A DNA stretch of 30,743 nt, taken from Gemmatimonadales bacterium. Its GTDB lineage: Bacteria; Gemmatimonadota; Gemmatimonadetes; Gemmatimonadales; GWC2-71-9. Below, piece by piece: positions 18,876 to 28,587 of the stretch (position 1 is its first letter; the number at the start of each line of letters is the position of its first letter). Position numbers and translations under genes: made by a program. The stretch spans positions 1 to 30,743 of the forward strand of contig JBFGJG010000048.1 in assembly GCA_041577295.1 (NCBI GenBank). The letters are read 5' to 3'. The notes beneath the pieces were generated by a model, which did not search any database, was not told the DNA's origin, and saw only the letters and a program-made list of their open reading frames with translations.

Positions 18876-19268
18876 TTATCGGGCGAGGAGAATGACGATC
18901 GCCGACGCGAGCTCGGTAGTATGTGTGAGGGAGAGCAGCGCACTCGAGACGCGGAGTCGGGTGGCAGTCGCTTGCGCCTTGCCGTGAAACCGGAGGCTCG
19001 GCACACCATCCGCGGCGCGTGTCACTTCGAACTCCCGCCAAGGCAGGTACGCAGTTTCCCCGCCTGGGGCGAGCGCCTTGAATGCCGCCTCTTTGGCTGC
19101 TAGGCGGGCGGCGACGTGTACCGCAGGTTTCGCCTGGGAGAAGCAGTACTCACGTTCCTCATCGGTCAGCAGTCGCTGCACGGCCCGCATCGAATGCCGC
19201 TCGAGCAGGGCTGTCACTCTGGCGACTTCGACCAGATCGATGCCGACGCCGATCGTCGTCAAGTTCAC
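18876..19268 (-). CDS. acpS: Holo-[acyl-carrier-protein] synthase
   Basis: IGVGIDLVEV, AARLAAKEAAFKAL, LSLTH; GTG 19268 overlaps the upstream stop (GTGA). Confidence 0.95.
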   Translation of the reverse strand: MNLTTIGVGIDLVEVARVTALLERHSMRAVQRLLTDEEREYCFSQAKPAVHVAARLAAKEAAFKALAPGGETAYLPWREFEVTRAADGVPSLRFHGKAQATATRLRVSSALLSLTHTTELASAIVILLAR

Positions 19269-20002
19269 GTGATCATCCCCCACGCACTGCGCAGCCACGA
19301 CGGCGCGGGAAGGTAGCCACCCAACACGAGACCAACCCAAACGGCTAACGCGAGCGCGATCGATCCAACTACCAGGATTGGCCAGAGCGGCTTACGCCAC
19401 GCGGCGATACCCGCAGCCACCGTCCGCCAACGATCAACTTCGCGGTCCAAAGCTTCCTCCAACGCCAGCCAAGCAGCTTCGAGTCGTCGTGCAACGGTAA
19501 GCAAGGTGTTCTCCCAGCCGGCCACAACTTCGCGGTCGGCGGTGGTGGCCTGGAGCACCAATTGTCCGCGGCGCTCGAGCTCGTCGAGGGCCGACACCAA
19601 CTCCGCACCGGCGGAGCCCAAGCGAGCGGCAATGGCGCGTGTCTCCGTTGCATCCAGGTGGATCCGCGCTCGGAGCCGACTTGGCATGCGCACCGCGTTC
19701 GCTTCAGCTTCCAAGTGCCGATCGATCTGTGTGACCAAGGTCTCCGAGACGCTCGCCACCGCGTCTTCCCACGCCTCCATCCAGGCGTCCCGACCGAGGG
19801 TGGCAACTGCCGCAGGTCGCTCGCCGCGCGAAGCCAGCCGCCTGGCTTCTCCCGCACGATCGAGCATCCGTGTCACCAGTCGCTCACGGTGGGCGTCCAG
19901 TCGAAACCCGCCCGGCTGACGTCCCGTCCCAACGATCAACTTGCCAAGGTGTGGACCGAGCTCTCGAATGCGAAGGGGGAGCAAGAGCTGTTGCGTGCTC
20001 AT
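19265..20002 (-). CDS. Hypothetical protein, helical, with a C-terminal TM segment
   Basis: 245 aa from ATG 20002; coupled to both neighbours (ATGA and GTGA overlaps); hydrophobic tail PLWPILVVGSIALALAVWVGLVLGG. Confidence 0.8.
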   Translation of the reverse strand: MSTQQLLLPLRIRELGPHLGKLIVGTGRQPGGFRLDAHRERLVTRMLDRAGEARRLASRGERPAAVATLGRDAWMEAWEDAVASVSETLVTQIDRHLEAEANAVRMPSRLRARIHLDATETRAIAARLGSAGAELVSALDELERRGQLVLQATTADREVVAGWENTLLTVARRLEAAWLALEEALDREVDRWRTVAAGIAAWRKPLWPILVVGSIALALAVWVGLVLGGYLPAPSWLRSAWGMIT

Positions 20003-20694
20003 GCGAGAATGGCGTCGATCACGCGTTCCCAATCGGACAGATCTTCGAATGCCCGGTAGGCCCCTGCATCGAGAAGCTCCTGCACCGTGTACGCACCGGT
20101 GGCGACGCCGATCGGTCGAGCTCCCACCGGCTGACCACACGTCATGTCGGCCGGGGTATCGCCGACGATCACCACATCGTGTCCGGAGGGAACCCGTCTC
20201 ATGAGGTACTCCGCACGTTGCGCGGCGATCGCAGGAAGCTCAGATCGAACGGCTGAGTCTGATCCAAAAGCACCGACTCGAAAACGCTCTGGGACAATAC
20301 CTGCCGCACGCAACTTGAGGGCTGCCCCCCGCTCGAGGTTGCCGGTCAGCAGTCCAAGGACGACGCCATCGATCGACTCCACTTTGTCGAGCAGTCTCGT
20401 CACACCGTCGAAAACACGAATCTTCCGCCGCCCGTCAGCCAACTCCGTCTCGAGAAGCTCGATGTAGCGCGTACACACGGCTGTAACGTGCGCGGGGCTT
20501 CCGGCATGCGGGTGGCTTGCAGCGCTGAGGAGCTCGTGCACGATCTGCGGGTCCGTTTTCCCATCGAAGCGAAAACCATCGATGGGTCCCGAGGTACCCA
20601 TCTCGGCCAAGAGGGCGTTCCGGATGGCCTTGCGCCCGGCGCCATCGGTCCACAACAGGGTGCCGTCGATATCGAACAGGACGAGCTTGCGCAT
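19999..20694 (-). CDS. HAD-family hydrolase (phosphoglycolate phosphatase-like)
   Basis: Motif I LFDIDGTL at the N-terminus, LLTGN, and motif IV VGDTPAD. Confidence 0.92.
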   Translation of the reverse strand: MRKLVLFDIDGTLLWTDGAGRKAIRNALLAEMGTSGPIDGFRFDGKTDPQIVHELLSAASHPHAGSPAHVTAVCTRYIELLETELADGRRKIRVFDGVTRLLDKVESIDGVVLGLLTGNLERGAALKLRAAGIVPERFRVGAFGSDSAVRSELPAIAAQRAEYLMRRVPSGHDVVIVGDTPADMTCGQPVGARPIGVATGAYTVQELLDAGAYRAFEDLSDWERVIDAILA

Positions 20695-20759
20695 ATGTGA
20701 AGATATACCCGTCGGGGGAGACCAGCTCAGAAACAGCGAAGCAGGGTGCGTCAAACCGG

Positions 20760-20951
20760 TCAGGAATCCGCTGGCGAGGGCCCTCCCGTGGCTCCGCCCT
20801 CCTTCTCCTGACATTGGCGACACAACATGACGCCGCGCATCGAACAGATCAGGCAAATAAATGTTCCACAGCCATCGCACGGGTACCCCTCAGACGCGCG
20901 TTCCTGATTGCCGCAGGCGCGGCAAACCATGGCATCGACTTCCTTCGACAC
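20760..20951 (-). CDS. Small 8-cysteine putative zinc-binding protein
   Basis: 63 aa with four CxxC pairs; GGGAG RBS upstream of the GTG start; fills the DAGK-HAD gap on the same strand. Confidence 0.8.
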   Translation of the reverse strand: MSKEVDAMVCRACGNQERASEGYPCDGCGTFICLICSMRGVMLCRQCQEKEGGATGGPSPADS

Positions 20952-20965
20952 GATATCTCCCTGGA

Positions 20966-21862
20966 TCAGGTGTCGTTCGGTGCGAATATGTTGATCGCGC
21001 CGGCAATGACTTCGGCCGTGAACGGTGTCTCACCGGCGAGCTCGCCATCCATCTCCACAGGCAGGGTTCTATCGGCCTCCACCGTGATGCATCGCCCGCG
21101 TGAATAGCGAATGGACGTGGTGCCGTCCGTCCGGCCGAGAAGTAGCCGGCCCAACACCCAAATGCCCTCGAGTGCCGAGTTCGCCTTCATGACGACCACG
21201 TCGAGCAGCCCGTCATCGAAGGTGATGTCTTCGCGGAGCTTGAGAATGCCGGGAACGATCTGGCCACAGTTGGCCACCAACACGGTCACTGCGTCGGTGT
21301 GCAGTGTGGTCCCATCCACCGTGATCCGATGCTCGACCGGCTCCAGCTTCGCAAGCGATTCCCAAAGTGTGCCGACGTAGGCCGCCATCCCCCAGCGGCG
21401 TTTCGAGTCTCGAGATGTCTCGGCCATCATGGTTGCGTCCAACCCATCGCCCGCCGCGACGGCAAAGTATTGGGCCCCACCGTTACGCTCCACACGGCCC
21501 AGATCGATCGGCCGCGGTGTACTGCGCAAGATCACCTTCGCGGCGACCTCTGGCTTCCGAGGCAGCCCTAGGTTGCCCGCGAGGAGATTTCCTGTCCCAG
21601 CCGGGATCAGGCCGACGGGCACCTCATGACCCACCACGGCGGATATGGCTTGCATCGCGGTGCCGTCGCCACCGTACACCACGACGGTGTCCACACCGTC
21701 TTCCACCCCTTCACGCGCGAGCTCATCGGCGTTCCCTGGCCGCGACGTGCCGGCCACATCGATTGTCCAGCCGTGCCGGCCAAACACGCGGCAGATTGAA
21801 CGAACGACCTCAGGGTCCGCTCGGGATGCTGCCGGGTTGAAGATGAGTAACGCCCGCGCCAT
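20966..21862 (-). CDS. Diacylglycerol/lipid kinase family protein (YegS/DgkB-like)
   Basis: IFNPAA, GGDGT, PAGTGN, IDLG, DDGLLDV, MDGE; ATG overlaps the tamB stop (TGATG). Confidence 0.93.
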   Translation of the reverse strand: MARALLIFNPAASRADPEVVRSICRVFGRHGWTIDVAGTSRPGNADELAREGVEDGVDTVVVYGGDGTAMQAISAVVGHEVPVGLIPAGTGNLLAGNLGLPRKPEVAAKVILRSTPRPIDLGRVERNGGAQYFAVAAGDGLDATMMAETSRDSKRRWGMAAYVGTLWESLAKLEPVEHRITVDGTTLHTDAVTVLVANCGQIVPGILKLREDITFDDGLLDVVVMKANSALEGIWVLGRLLLGRTDGTTSIRYSRGRCITVEADRTLPVEMDGELAGETPFTAEVIAGAINIFAPNDT

Positions 21863-24800
21863 CAGTAGCTCTTCTCCCACAGAAAGTCGAGACCAAATTG
21901 ATACCTGACCTGACTGGTACTGAAGCCGTCGCACGCTTGAATCGGGTCTGCACTCGCGGCGAACAGCCACTGGCGGCTCAGCCGAAACTCGAGACTGGCC
22001 CCGACGTTCTGCGCGCTGAAGGTTTGCTCGGGACAGATCCGTGGGCTGGCGGTCAGAAACGCGGTGGTCCCAAGCAGGTTAAACTGCTTCCCGATGGCGA
22101 TCTCCGTGCCGGAGAGGCCACTGCCAATATCGCCGGGTCGGATCTGAACGTAGTCGAGCGGCACACCCAAATCCGAGATGAGCGCATACTCCAGCTGTCC
22201 CGACAGCACACCAGCGAGCTGGGTGACTGCTTGGTTCTGCAGCCCTTGGTTCTCCCCACGCGTCTCGGCCGCAAGCGCTTGGACGGACGGTGCTCCAAAC
22301 AACAGGTACGAAATGACCTCGGTTTCCGAGGGTGACGGACGAATGTCGCTGCTGAGCGTGAGTCGCGGATCGTACAACGTCCCGCCAATGTGTACGAACA
22401 CCGTGACGTCCTCGCCGCGCACAGTGCGAACCACGTGTCGAGCTTCGATATCCACGTCAGCATTCAGATCCGACGTGCCAAAGTAGCGTAGCTGACCACG
22501 CGTGACCGCGAAGTCACGCGTGATCGGCCCCAACGGAAGCCGGTATGTCCCGCGTGGGGCTTCCAAAGTACCCGTGAGCCGATACTGGTCGCGTAACTTA
22601 TTTGCCGTCAGCTCCCCGGCCAGTTGGATATTGGCTTCACTCGAGCGCAGCCACACCTCGTTTCCCAGCCGGAGCCGTAGATCGACCACTCTCAGGCTGT
22701 CCAGAAACCGCTGCTGCCACTCAGCACCAAGCCGTTGTTCACGGACCTCTTCTTCCACGAACGAGGCAAACAGCGTGTCTTCTAGGTTGATCACTTGTTT
22801 CGTCACGAGATCTGCGAAGTACAACACACCCCTAGTGGCGGTGCCGGAACCTGTGAGCGTCGCACCGAGCGGAGGCCCTTTCAGATCGAGCTCCGCAGTT
22901 GCGGTCAGGGAGAGAAAATCACGTAAGTTGACGGCGTGGAAGTCGCGACCGCTGATGTGCAGGTCTAGAACTGGGCGAGTGAGCTCCTCGAGGCGTACGG
23001 AACCGGAGATCTCGGCGGTTCCTCGGCCGCTCTTGACTGACAGACGTTCGATGCTGATCATCTCGCCCGCCAACACCAGCCGGCCGGTCAGCTGCTCATG
23101 CCGCACGCCGATGGCGGGAAAGCTCGCCGCTCCATCGGTGATCGTGACACTGCCTTCGAGCCGAGGATCCTCCCAGGTACCCGTGATCCCGACCGTGGCG
23201 GTCAGGGTCCCGCTTCCGCGGCGCATGACCGGGAGCACCGCCTCGACGTAGGCGAGGGGAGCGCTGTCCGCCACTGCCTGAACGAGCAGCTCGCCTGGAA
23301 GCTTTCGGTTCTCAACCCCCCGCAGCGCGAGGTCGATCGGAAGCTCGACGGTCACGTCCACGAACCGCTCACCGCGACGCAACAGCGCGAAGTTCGCACC
23401 GAAATGGCGTTCGTTGTAATGCATTGTCCCATCCAAATACGGAATCCGCAACGTCTGAAATTCGCCGTCGCGGAGCGCAGCTGCCGCCTCAATGGTCGGT
23501 GCCCGGGCGGTCCCACCGAGCTGAATCGTTCCACTCAACTCGCCATCCATTTGCCCGGCGAACTTCTGAATCGCCATGGCCACGTCGCCAAGTGATACCG
23601 CTTCGAACTCGACCTGCAGATCCGCCGGCCCCCGAAACGGGAATCGCCCATCGAGCGTGACGCGCGAAGCTCGCACCGCACTCGAAGCCAGCACCCGGCG
23701 AAAGTCGATGCCACTGTCGCTGAGCGTCACCACCGCGGCCGTGTCCACGAACCAGGCTCCCGTCGTCAGCAAAAACGCCATGGAGTCGATTGGGACAGTG
23801 TAGGTCGTACTGTCGATCAGGACCTGGCCCCCACCGATCCAAGCGCCCGTACTCCCAAACCGCGCACGGCCAAACCATGCCATGGAGTCCGCACCGCCTG
23901 ACACACGGGCTTCGACCCCGCTGAACGAAGCCGCCCCAAGGGCAACGGAATCCATCGTTCCCTCAATGGTTGCGTTCTCGAACGGCACGTGCAGGCGAGC
24001 CGTTCCGCGCGCGCGGGAGACGAACAGGTCACCCCGAGAGACGTCCCGAACGTCGAAGCGTGCATCGACGTCGAAGTCGTCGATCGAGCCCCGCATCTCC
24101 CCGGAAAGGCTCACCGCACCAGATGGTGGAATGCCCACGAACGTCGAGTCCACCTCCCCGAGCAGCGAGACCAACACCGGTTCCAGAACGCCGATCGAGT
24201 CGGCCTCGAGTGCCACGGTGAGCACTCCGCTGCGGGATGCGGCCAACCCAAAAGCTCCCTGCCCCGTGGCGTAGACTCGCTCGGACCAGATGTCCACCGT
24301 GTCCGCACGAATGAGCGTGTCGGCAAGCGCGATCGTACCGTGCGCGCTGTCGATAGGTATGTCGCGGATCCGCGAACGAACGAGCGCCAGGTCCACCTTC
24401 CAGCGAGCGGCTTCGTCCTCAGCCGTGACACCCGCAATGGTCGCGTCTCCGTTGATGGCGCTTTCTGGGAGGTCGTCGTGCAACGCACGCAGGTTGAGCT
24501 GCTCGGCACCCATCGTCATGGTGTGGATTCCGATGGCCCCTTCCTGGAGGATCACGGCGCCACCTAGATCGATCCGCCCCGCGGAGCCGATCAGCAGCGC
24601 CTGCATCGCGAGCGAGTCGAGGTAACCAGCCACCACCAACCGCCCCGTGAAGCCGCCCGCAACGGGGATCGCTGGATAGCTCGACTGGAGTCCGGCCAAG
24701 TGGAGCGTATCGAGCAAGACGTCCGCCCAGACTCCAACCGAGTCACCGGGCGCGTCTACACGGAGTGAACCGCGCACGCCGCTCTCCGGCCCGGGAAAAT

Positions 24801-26235
24801 CGCGGTGTCGCAGCAGCCCTTCGTAACGCAGCTCTCGAAAGGTGCCGTTGAGGCGTCCCTGGGCCCGGAGCCGACCTTTGAGCGCAATACCCGGGACCAA
24901 CCGGTGCATGGTGCCGAGATCGAGATTCGTGCCCCGGACGGTGAAATCCTCGAAGGTGAGGTCCCCGCTACCGAGGAGGATATGCCCAGCTCCTCGGATG
25001 GTGGACTCGGGCCACCCGGGCACCAGCGAGTCCCTGAGGATCACATCCAATTCGACCGCCAGACGCTCGCGCGGCCCATTGGCTTTGACGGCTCCCGTGA
25101 GCCGTCCGGCTATCGGCAGCGTATCGAGGAAACCTCTGACGTACTCGAGATCGAGGTTCCGAACGGAGAGATCGATGTTACGAAAGGCCCAAGCGCTGTT
25201 TGGTCCAAGCCATACGCCGAACCGTCCCCGCGCAGTTCCGCCACCGCCAGCACCCTCCACCTCCAGCGCGCGAGCATCCACCTCGAGCACGTCACCTCGC
25301 TTCTGCTGCGCATGGATATCGGCGCTTGCGATGAGGCCTGCCGGCAACTCCGGGATCAAATCGCGTACTTCGTCCGTGACCACACGCGATACGTCGAGCC
25401 CCAGATCGAACAGCAACCCTTCCGACGAAAACACGACTGTGCCTTCGGCGGTCATGGCGCTCTGGGGGAGCCGCACTTCCGCAAGGTCAACGGACAGCGA
25501 GTCCCCGACCAGGCGGGCTGAGCCTCGAATGCGATCGATGGCGATTGCCGGGTCGGAGATGCGCGCCTGGAGCGAGGCAATCTCTCCAAGGAGACCACGG
25601 TCCTGCGGGCGTGGTGATGCCAGGCGGAGATAGGAGAACTCGCCGTTGATCTGCTCGATCCGACGCACCCGCAGCGGCCCCTCTGGACCGCTCTCGATCT
25701 CCCAATCGGGGTCGTCGACTTTATCGGGAGCCGTTCGAATGACCAGGCTACCGTCTCGAATCTGTACGTCGCTGAAGGCAACGAGGAGGGCGCTACTCCC
25801 GTCGCTACCACCTTCCGCCTCGCCCCCACTTTCCCCGTCATCCGGTTGGAACAACAGCTCGAAGTTGAAGGGGCCACCCGCCCGGAACTGGGTCAGGTTG
25901 ATCTCCGGCTGCTCGAGCACGAGCTGCCCCAGCACGATCCTCCGGCTGAGCAAGTCGGCGAGCCGATACCGCAGGCGGAGCTCGGCGAGCGCGACAACCG
26001 TATCACCGGCCGGACCTGTGAGCAGCACGTTGCGGGCCTGCAGTCCCTCGAAGAACGATCCACCCAGATCGCCGATCGACAGGTTCCCGTCGATGCGATC
26101 GTTCACCAATCGCACCGCCGTTCGCGCCACGAAGTCGCGACCCGCATCGGTCCGCAACGCCACCCCGGCAATGCCGAGAATACATCCGGCAAGCCAACAC
26201 GCGAGCAGCGCGGTCCAGAGCCCAAGTCGGCTCAT
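21862..26235 (-). CDS. tamB: Translocation and assembly module TamB-like (AsmA-like) protein
   Basis: 1457 aa; N-terminal TM anchor, long Gly/beta-rich body, DUF490-like C-terminus (IGGTLYDPRLTLSS...VISYLLFG); directly downstream of an Omp85 gene. Confidence 0.88.
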   Translation of the reverse strand: MSRLGLWTALLACWLAGCILGIAGVALRTDAGRDFVARTAVRLVNDRIDGNLSIGDLGGSFFEGLQARNVLLTGPAGDTVVALAELRLRYRLADLLSRRIVLGQLVLEQPEINLTQFRAGGPFNFELLFQPDDGESGGEAEGGSDGSSALLVAFSDVQIRDGSLVIRTAPDKVDDPDWEIESGPEGPLRVRRIEQINGEFSYLRLASPRPQDRGLLGEIASLQARISDPAIAIDRIRGSARLVGDSLSVDLAEVRLPQSAMTAEGTVVFSSEGLLFDLGLDVSRVVTDEVRDLIPELPAGLIASADIHAQQKRGDVLEVDARALEVEGAGGGGTARGRFGVWLGPNSAWAFRNIDLSVRNLDLEYVRGFLDTLPIAGRLTGAVKANGPRERLAVELDVILRDSLVPGWPESTIRGAGHILLGSGDLTFEDFTVRGTNLDLGTMHRLVPGIALKGRLRAQGRLNGTFRELRYEGLLRHRDFPGPESGVRGSLRVDAPGDSVGVWADVLLDTLHLAGLQSSYPAIPVAGGFTGRLVVAGYLDSLAMQALLIGSAGRIDLGGAVILQEGAIGIHTMTMGAEQLNLRALHDDLPESAINGDATIAGVTAEDEAARWKVDLALVRSRIRDIPIDSAHGTIALADTLIRADTVDIWSERVYATGQGAFGLAASRSGVLTVALEADSIGVLEPVLVSLLGEVDSTFVGIPPSGAVSLSGEMRGSIDDFDVDARFDVRDVSRGDLFVSRARGTARLHVPFENATIEGTMDSVALGAASFSGVEARVSGGADSMAWFGRARFGSTGAWIGGGQVLIDSTTYTVPIDSMAFLLTTGAWFVDTAAVVTLSDSGIDFRRVLASSAVRASRVTLDGRFPFRGPADLQVEFEAVSLGDVAMAIQKFAGQMDGELSGTIQLGGTARAPTIEAAAALRDGEFQTLRIPYLDGTMHYNERHFGANFALLRRGERFVDVTVELPIDLALRGVENRKLPGELLVQAVADSAPLAYVEAVLPVMRRGSGTLTATVGITGTWEDPRLEGSVTITDGAASFPAIGVRHEQLTGRLVLAGEMISIERLSVKSGRGTAEISGSVRLEELTRPVLDLHISGRDFHAVNLRDFLSLTATAELDLKGPPLGATLTGSGTATRGVLYFADLVTKQVINLEDTLFASFVEEEVREQRLGAEWQQRFLDSLRVVDLRLRLGNEVWLRSSEANIQLAGELTANKLRDQYRLTGTLEAPRGTYRLPLGPITRDFAVTRGQLRYFGTSDLNADVDIEARHVVRTVRGEDVTVFVHIGGTLYDPRLTLSSDIRPSPSETEVISYLLFGAPSVQALAAETRGENQGLQNQAVTQLAGVLSGQLEYALISDLGVPLDYVQIRPGDIGSGLSGTEIAIGKQFNLLGTTAFLTASPRICPEQTFSAQNVGASLEFRLSRQWLFAASADPIQACDGFSTSQVRYQFGLDFLWEKSY

Positions 26236-26237
26236 AG

Positions 26238-28514
26238 CTAAAACGCCTGTCCTACCGAGAAGTGAATGCGAAACCGTCCCAGAAAGCCGCGGTCCGGTGT
26301 GAAGATAAACGGTTGGTTCTCGGCGATCTCCACGAGCATCAGTTCTTTTGGGCGACCCTCTTCCCGTATCAACTTGAACAGCCGACCCCCTTCGGCAGGC
26401 CAGGGGTTGTAACCCACGTCCAGGCGGATTGGACCGAGCGGCGATGCGAGACGTATACCAGCACCCGGTGTGATACGCAGCCCAGCGCTACTGGCCTCTT
26501 CGTCAATCGCGAACACCTTCCCGGCATCGACGAACACTCCGCCGCTCAATCGGCGAGTCAACGGGAAGCGGTACTCCACGTTGGCCAGCACGATCGCGTC
26601 TCCGCCGGTGGGCGAGGTCCGCAATCGCCCTGTGAGCGTATCGACCGGTCCATCGGGAACCGCCGGGTCGCGGACGAAAACGGAATCGTTGCTTCGCCCG
26701 TCAATGTCGATCACACGCACAAACGGGCCCAGTTCGTTTTGACTAAAGCCTCTCACACTCGAGGGGCCGCCGGCGTAGAAGCGCTCTTCGGGCGGAATGA
26801 ACCGCCGTTGCTCGCCGTCGAGGCTCACCTTGGGGGCGGTGACTCCACCCACCCGGACGCGCCAGCTGAACACGCTTCGGCGTCCCGTCCGATAGTGTGA
26901 CGAGAGCTCGGCAACGCCGCGGGTGAACTGCCGTAGCTCGTCCGACCAGATGAACTGCGAAGCGTGCCGCATGTCGAGTTGAAAGAGGGATCCTCTCGAC
27001 GGATCCAAAGGCGAATCCAATCGATCGCGTACGAGCGAAAACGAGACCGCCGAGCGTCGCCGAAACTTGGTGAAAATGGAGTCAGCGCTCTCCACGGTAC
27101 ACACATCGAGCAAGCTGCAGAACGTCGCTGGTTCGGCGATGGTCTTGTCACGGGAGAGGGCGTAGCTCCCCGTAATGGGGATTCGCACCGGCGTTTGCCG
27201 TGTGATGGCCAGCTGGCCGCCATACGCCTCGCGCATGAAGGCGGTGAACTCGCTGTGGCGCTCCGCCGAGACCGACAGCAGCGCGCTGGTACGGCGATCG
27301 AACAAGAATCGTTCACGAAACGTCGCGGATACGTTGAAGTTGAGCTTGAGGAACCGCCCGTCCTCTCGTAATAGCGCCCGGCACAGGTTGCGGCGGAGAC
27401 CATGACCCAAAAAATCTTCGGCGCCCACCCGTGACACTCGCGCATCCAAATCCAGCGTCTGAGCATCGCCCATGAAATTGTTGATCGTCCACGAGCTGCG
27501 TGTTCGAATGCAGTCGATGGTCCCGTATCCCATCCCGAGGCGGATGCGGCGCAGCGCTCCCTCAGCGACCTGTACTTCAACTGTCACGAGCGAATCGTCG
27601 ACGGATTCCGGTATCGAATCCTTGAGCGCCACGTTCACATAGTTGAACGTGTTCATCCGGTAGAGATCGAGCTGGCTCAGATCCAGCGCGCGCTGGCTGA
27701 ACGGTTGTCCCTCCCTAATGGACAGCACTCGCCTGATGACCCTGTCGTCGTACTCTTCGTTTCCGACGATCTCGATGCGCTCCACCCGCGCAAAGGGCCC
27801 CGGATCTACTGTGAAGCTAACCTCCGCTGTCCCAACAGCGCTTGCTGGGAGCAAGCTATCACCGTGGGTGGAAGCAATCTCTTCGAACTGCCGAAACACC
27901 TCGACGTAGGGATAGCCTCTATTACGCAGCGCAGTGAGGATCGTGTCCGTTGAGGGCGCGATGAGCAAACGGTTGAAGGGATCCCCAACCTTAAGAGGTA
28001 TGCGCTGAAGCAGGCGGCTCGGTGAGACGATCCCTTCGGTGCCGCTTATGGTGACCGAAGTGAGACGCCTCGGGTCCCCCTCGCGAATGCGAAACTCGAG
28101 GTCTACGCTCTCACCGTGCCGATTCACCACAGTGTCGACGCGTGCCGCCGGGTAGCCGCTGGCCTCGTACAGCGCGCGAATTCGCAAGACGTCTCGGCGG
28201 AACTCCTGCTCGTTGTAGTACCGCTTTTCCCCCAAGCCGAGCCAACGAATGACCGGTGTCCTGGCAAAGAACGAGGAGTTCGATGTGGCGATCGAGACTC
28301 GGAGGGTGTAGTCGTCGATGGCCTCGTTCCCCGAAAACGAGAGCCCACGGACCACGAGCTCACGCTCCTCCTCGTCCACGTCGTCCTGCGCGCCAAGGAC
28401 CCGCACCGGAAGAGACAGAACCCCTGCGATCAGACTGGACGAGATCAGCACGCGCAGCACCAGCTGCAGCCGATTGCCCGGTCGTTCGCGGCTCCGTAAA
28501 ATCCTAGGCACCAT
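26238..28514 (-). CDS. Omp85 (TamA/BamA) family outer-membrane protein
   Basis: POTRA-like repeats (FSGNEAI, ISGTEG, IVGNEE), ERFYAGGPSSVRGF, SPLGPIRLDVG and C-terminal FSVGQAF. Start uncertain (ATG 28514 or GTG 28460). Confidence 0.9.
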   Translation of the reverse strand: MVPRILRSRERPGNRLQLVLRVLISSSLIAGVLSLPVRVLGAQDDVDEEERELVVRGLSFSGNEAIDDYTLRVSIATSNSSFFARTPVIRWLGLGEKRYYNEQEFRRDVLRIRALYEASGYPAARVDTVVNRHGESVDLEFRIREGDPRRLTSVTISGTEGIVSPSRLLQRIPLKVGDPFNRLLIAPSTDTILTALRNRGYPYVEVFRQFEEIASTHGDSLLPASAVGTAEVSFTVDPGPFARVERIEIVGNEEYDDRVIRRVLSIREGQPFSQRALDLSQLDLYRMNTFNYVNVALKDSIPESVDDSLVTVEVQVAEGALRRIRLGMGYGTIDCIRTRSSWTINNFMGDAQTLDLDARVSRVGAEDFLGHGLRRNLCRALLREDGRFLKLNFNVSATFRERFLFDRRTSALLSVSAERHSEFTAFMREAYGGQLAITRQTPVRIPITGSYALSRDKTIAEPATFCSLLDVCTVESADSIFTKFRRRSAVSFSLVRDRLDSPLDPSRGSLFQLDMRHASQFIWSDELRQFTRGVAELSSHYRTGRRSVFSWRVRVGGVTAPKVSLDGEQRRFIPPEERFYAGGPSSVRGFSQNELGPFVRVIDIDGRSNDSVFVRDPAVPDGPVDTLTGRLRTSPTGGDAIVLANVEYRFPLTRRLSGGVFVDAGKVFAIDEEASSAGLRITPGAGIRLASPLGPIRLDVGYNPWPAEGGRLFKLIREEGRPKELMLVEIAENQPFIFTPDRGFLGRFRIHFSVGQAF

Positions 28515-28587
28515 GTTTGCGACGGTCATCCGTATCGTGTCTTGCAATATCTCTCCCCGCCTGCCGGGCGTATACCCCGCCCTCGCC

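Noticed and set aside
18814..19041. N-terminal extension of the FTR1 ORF into acpS
   Set aside because: It overlaps acpS and the promoter; the signal peptide begins at ATG 18813.
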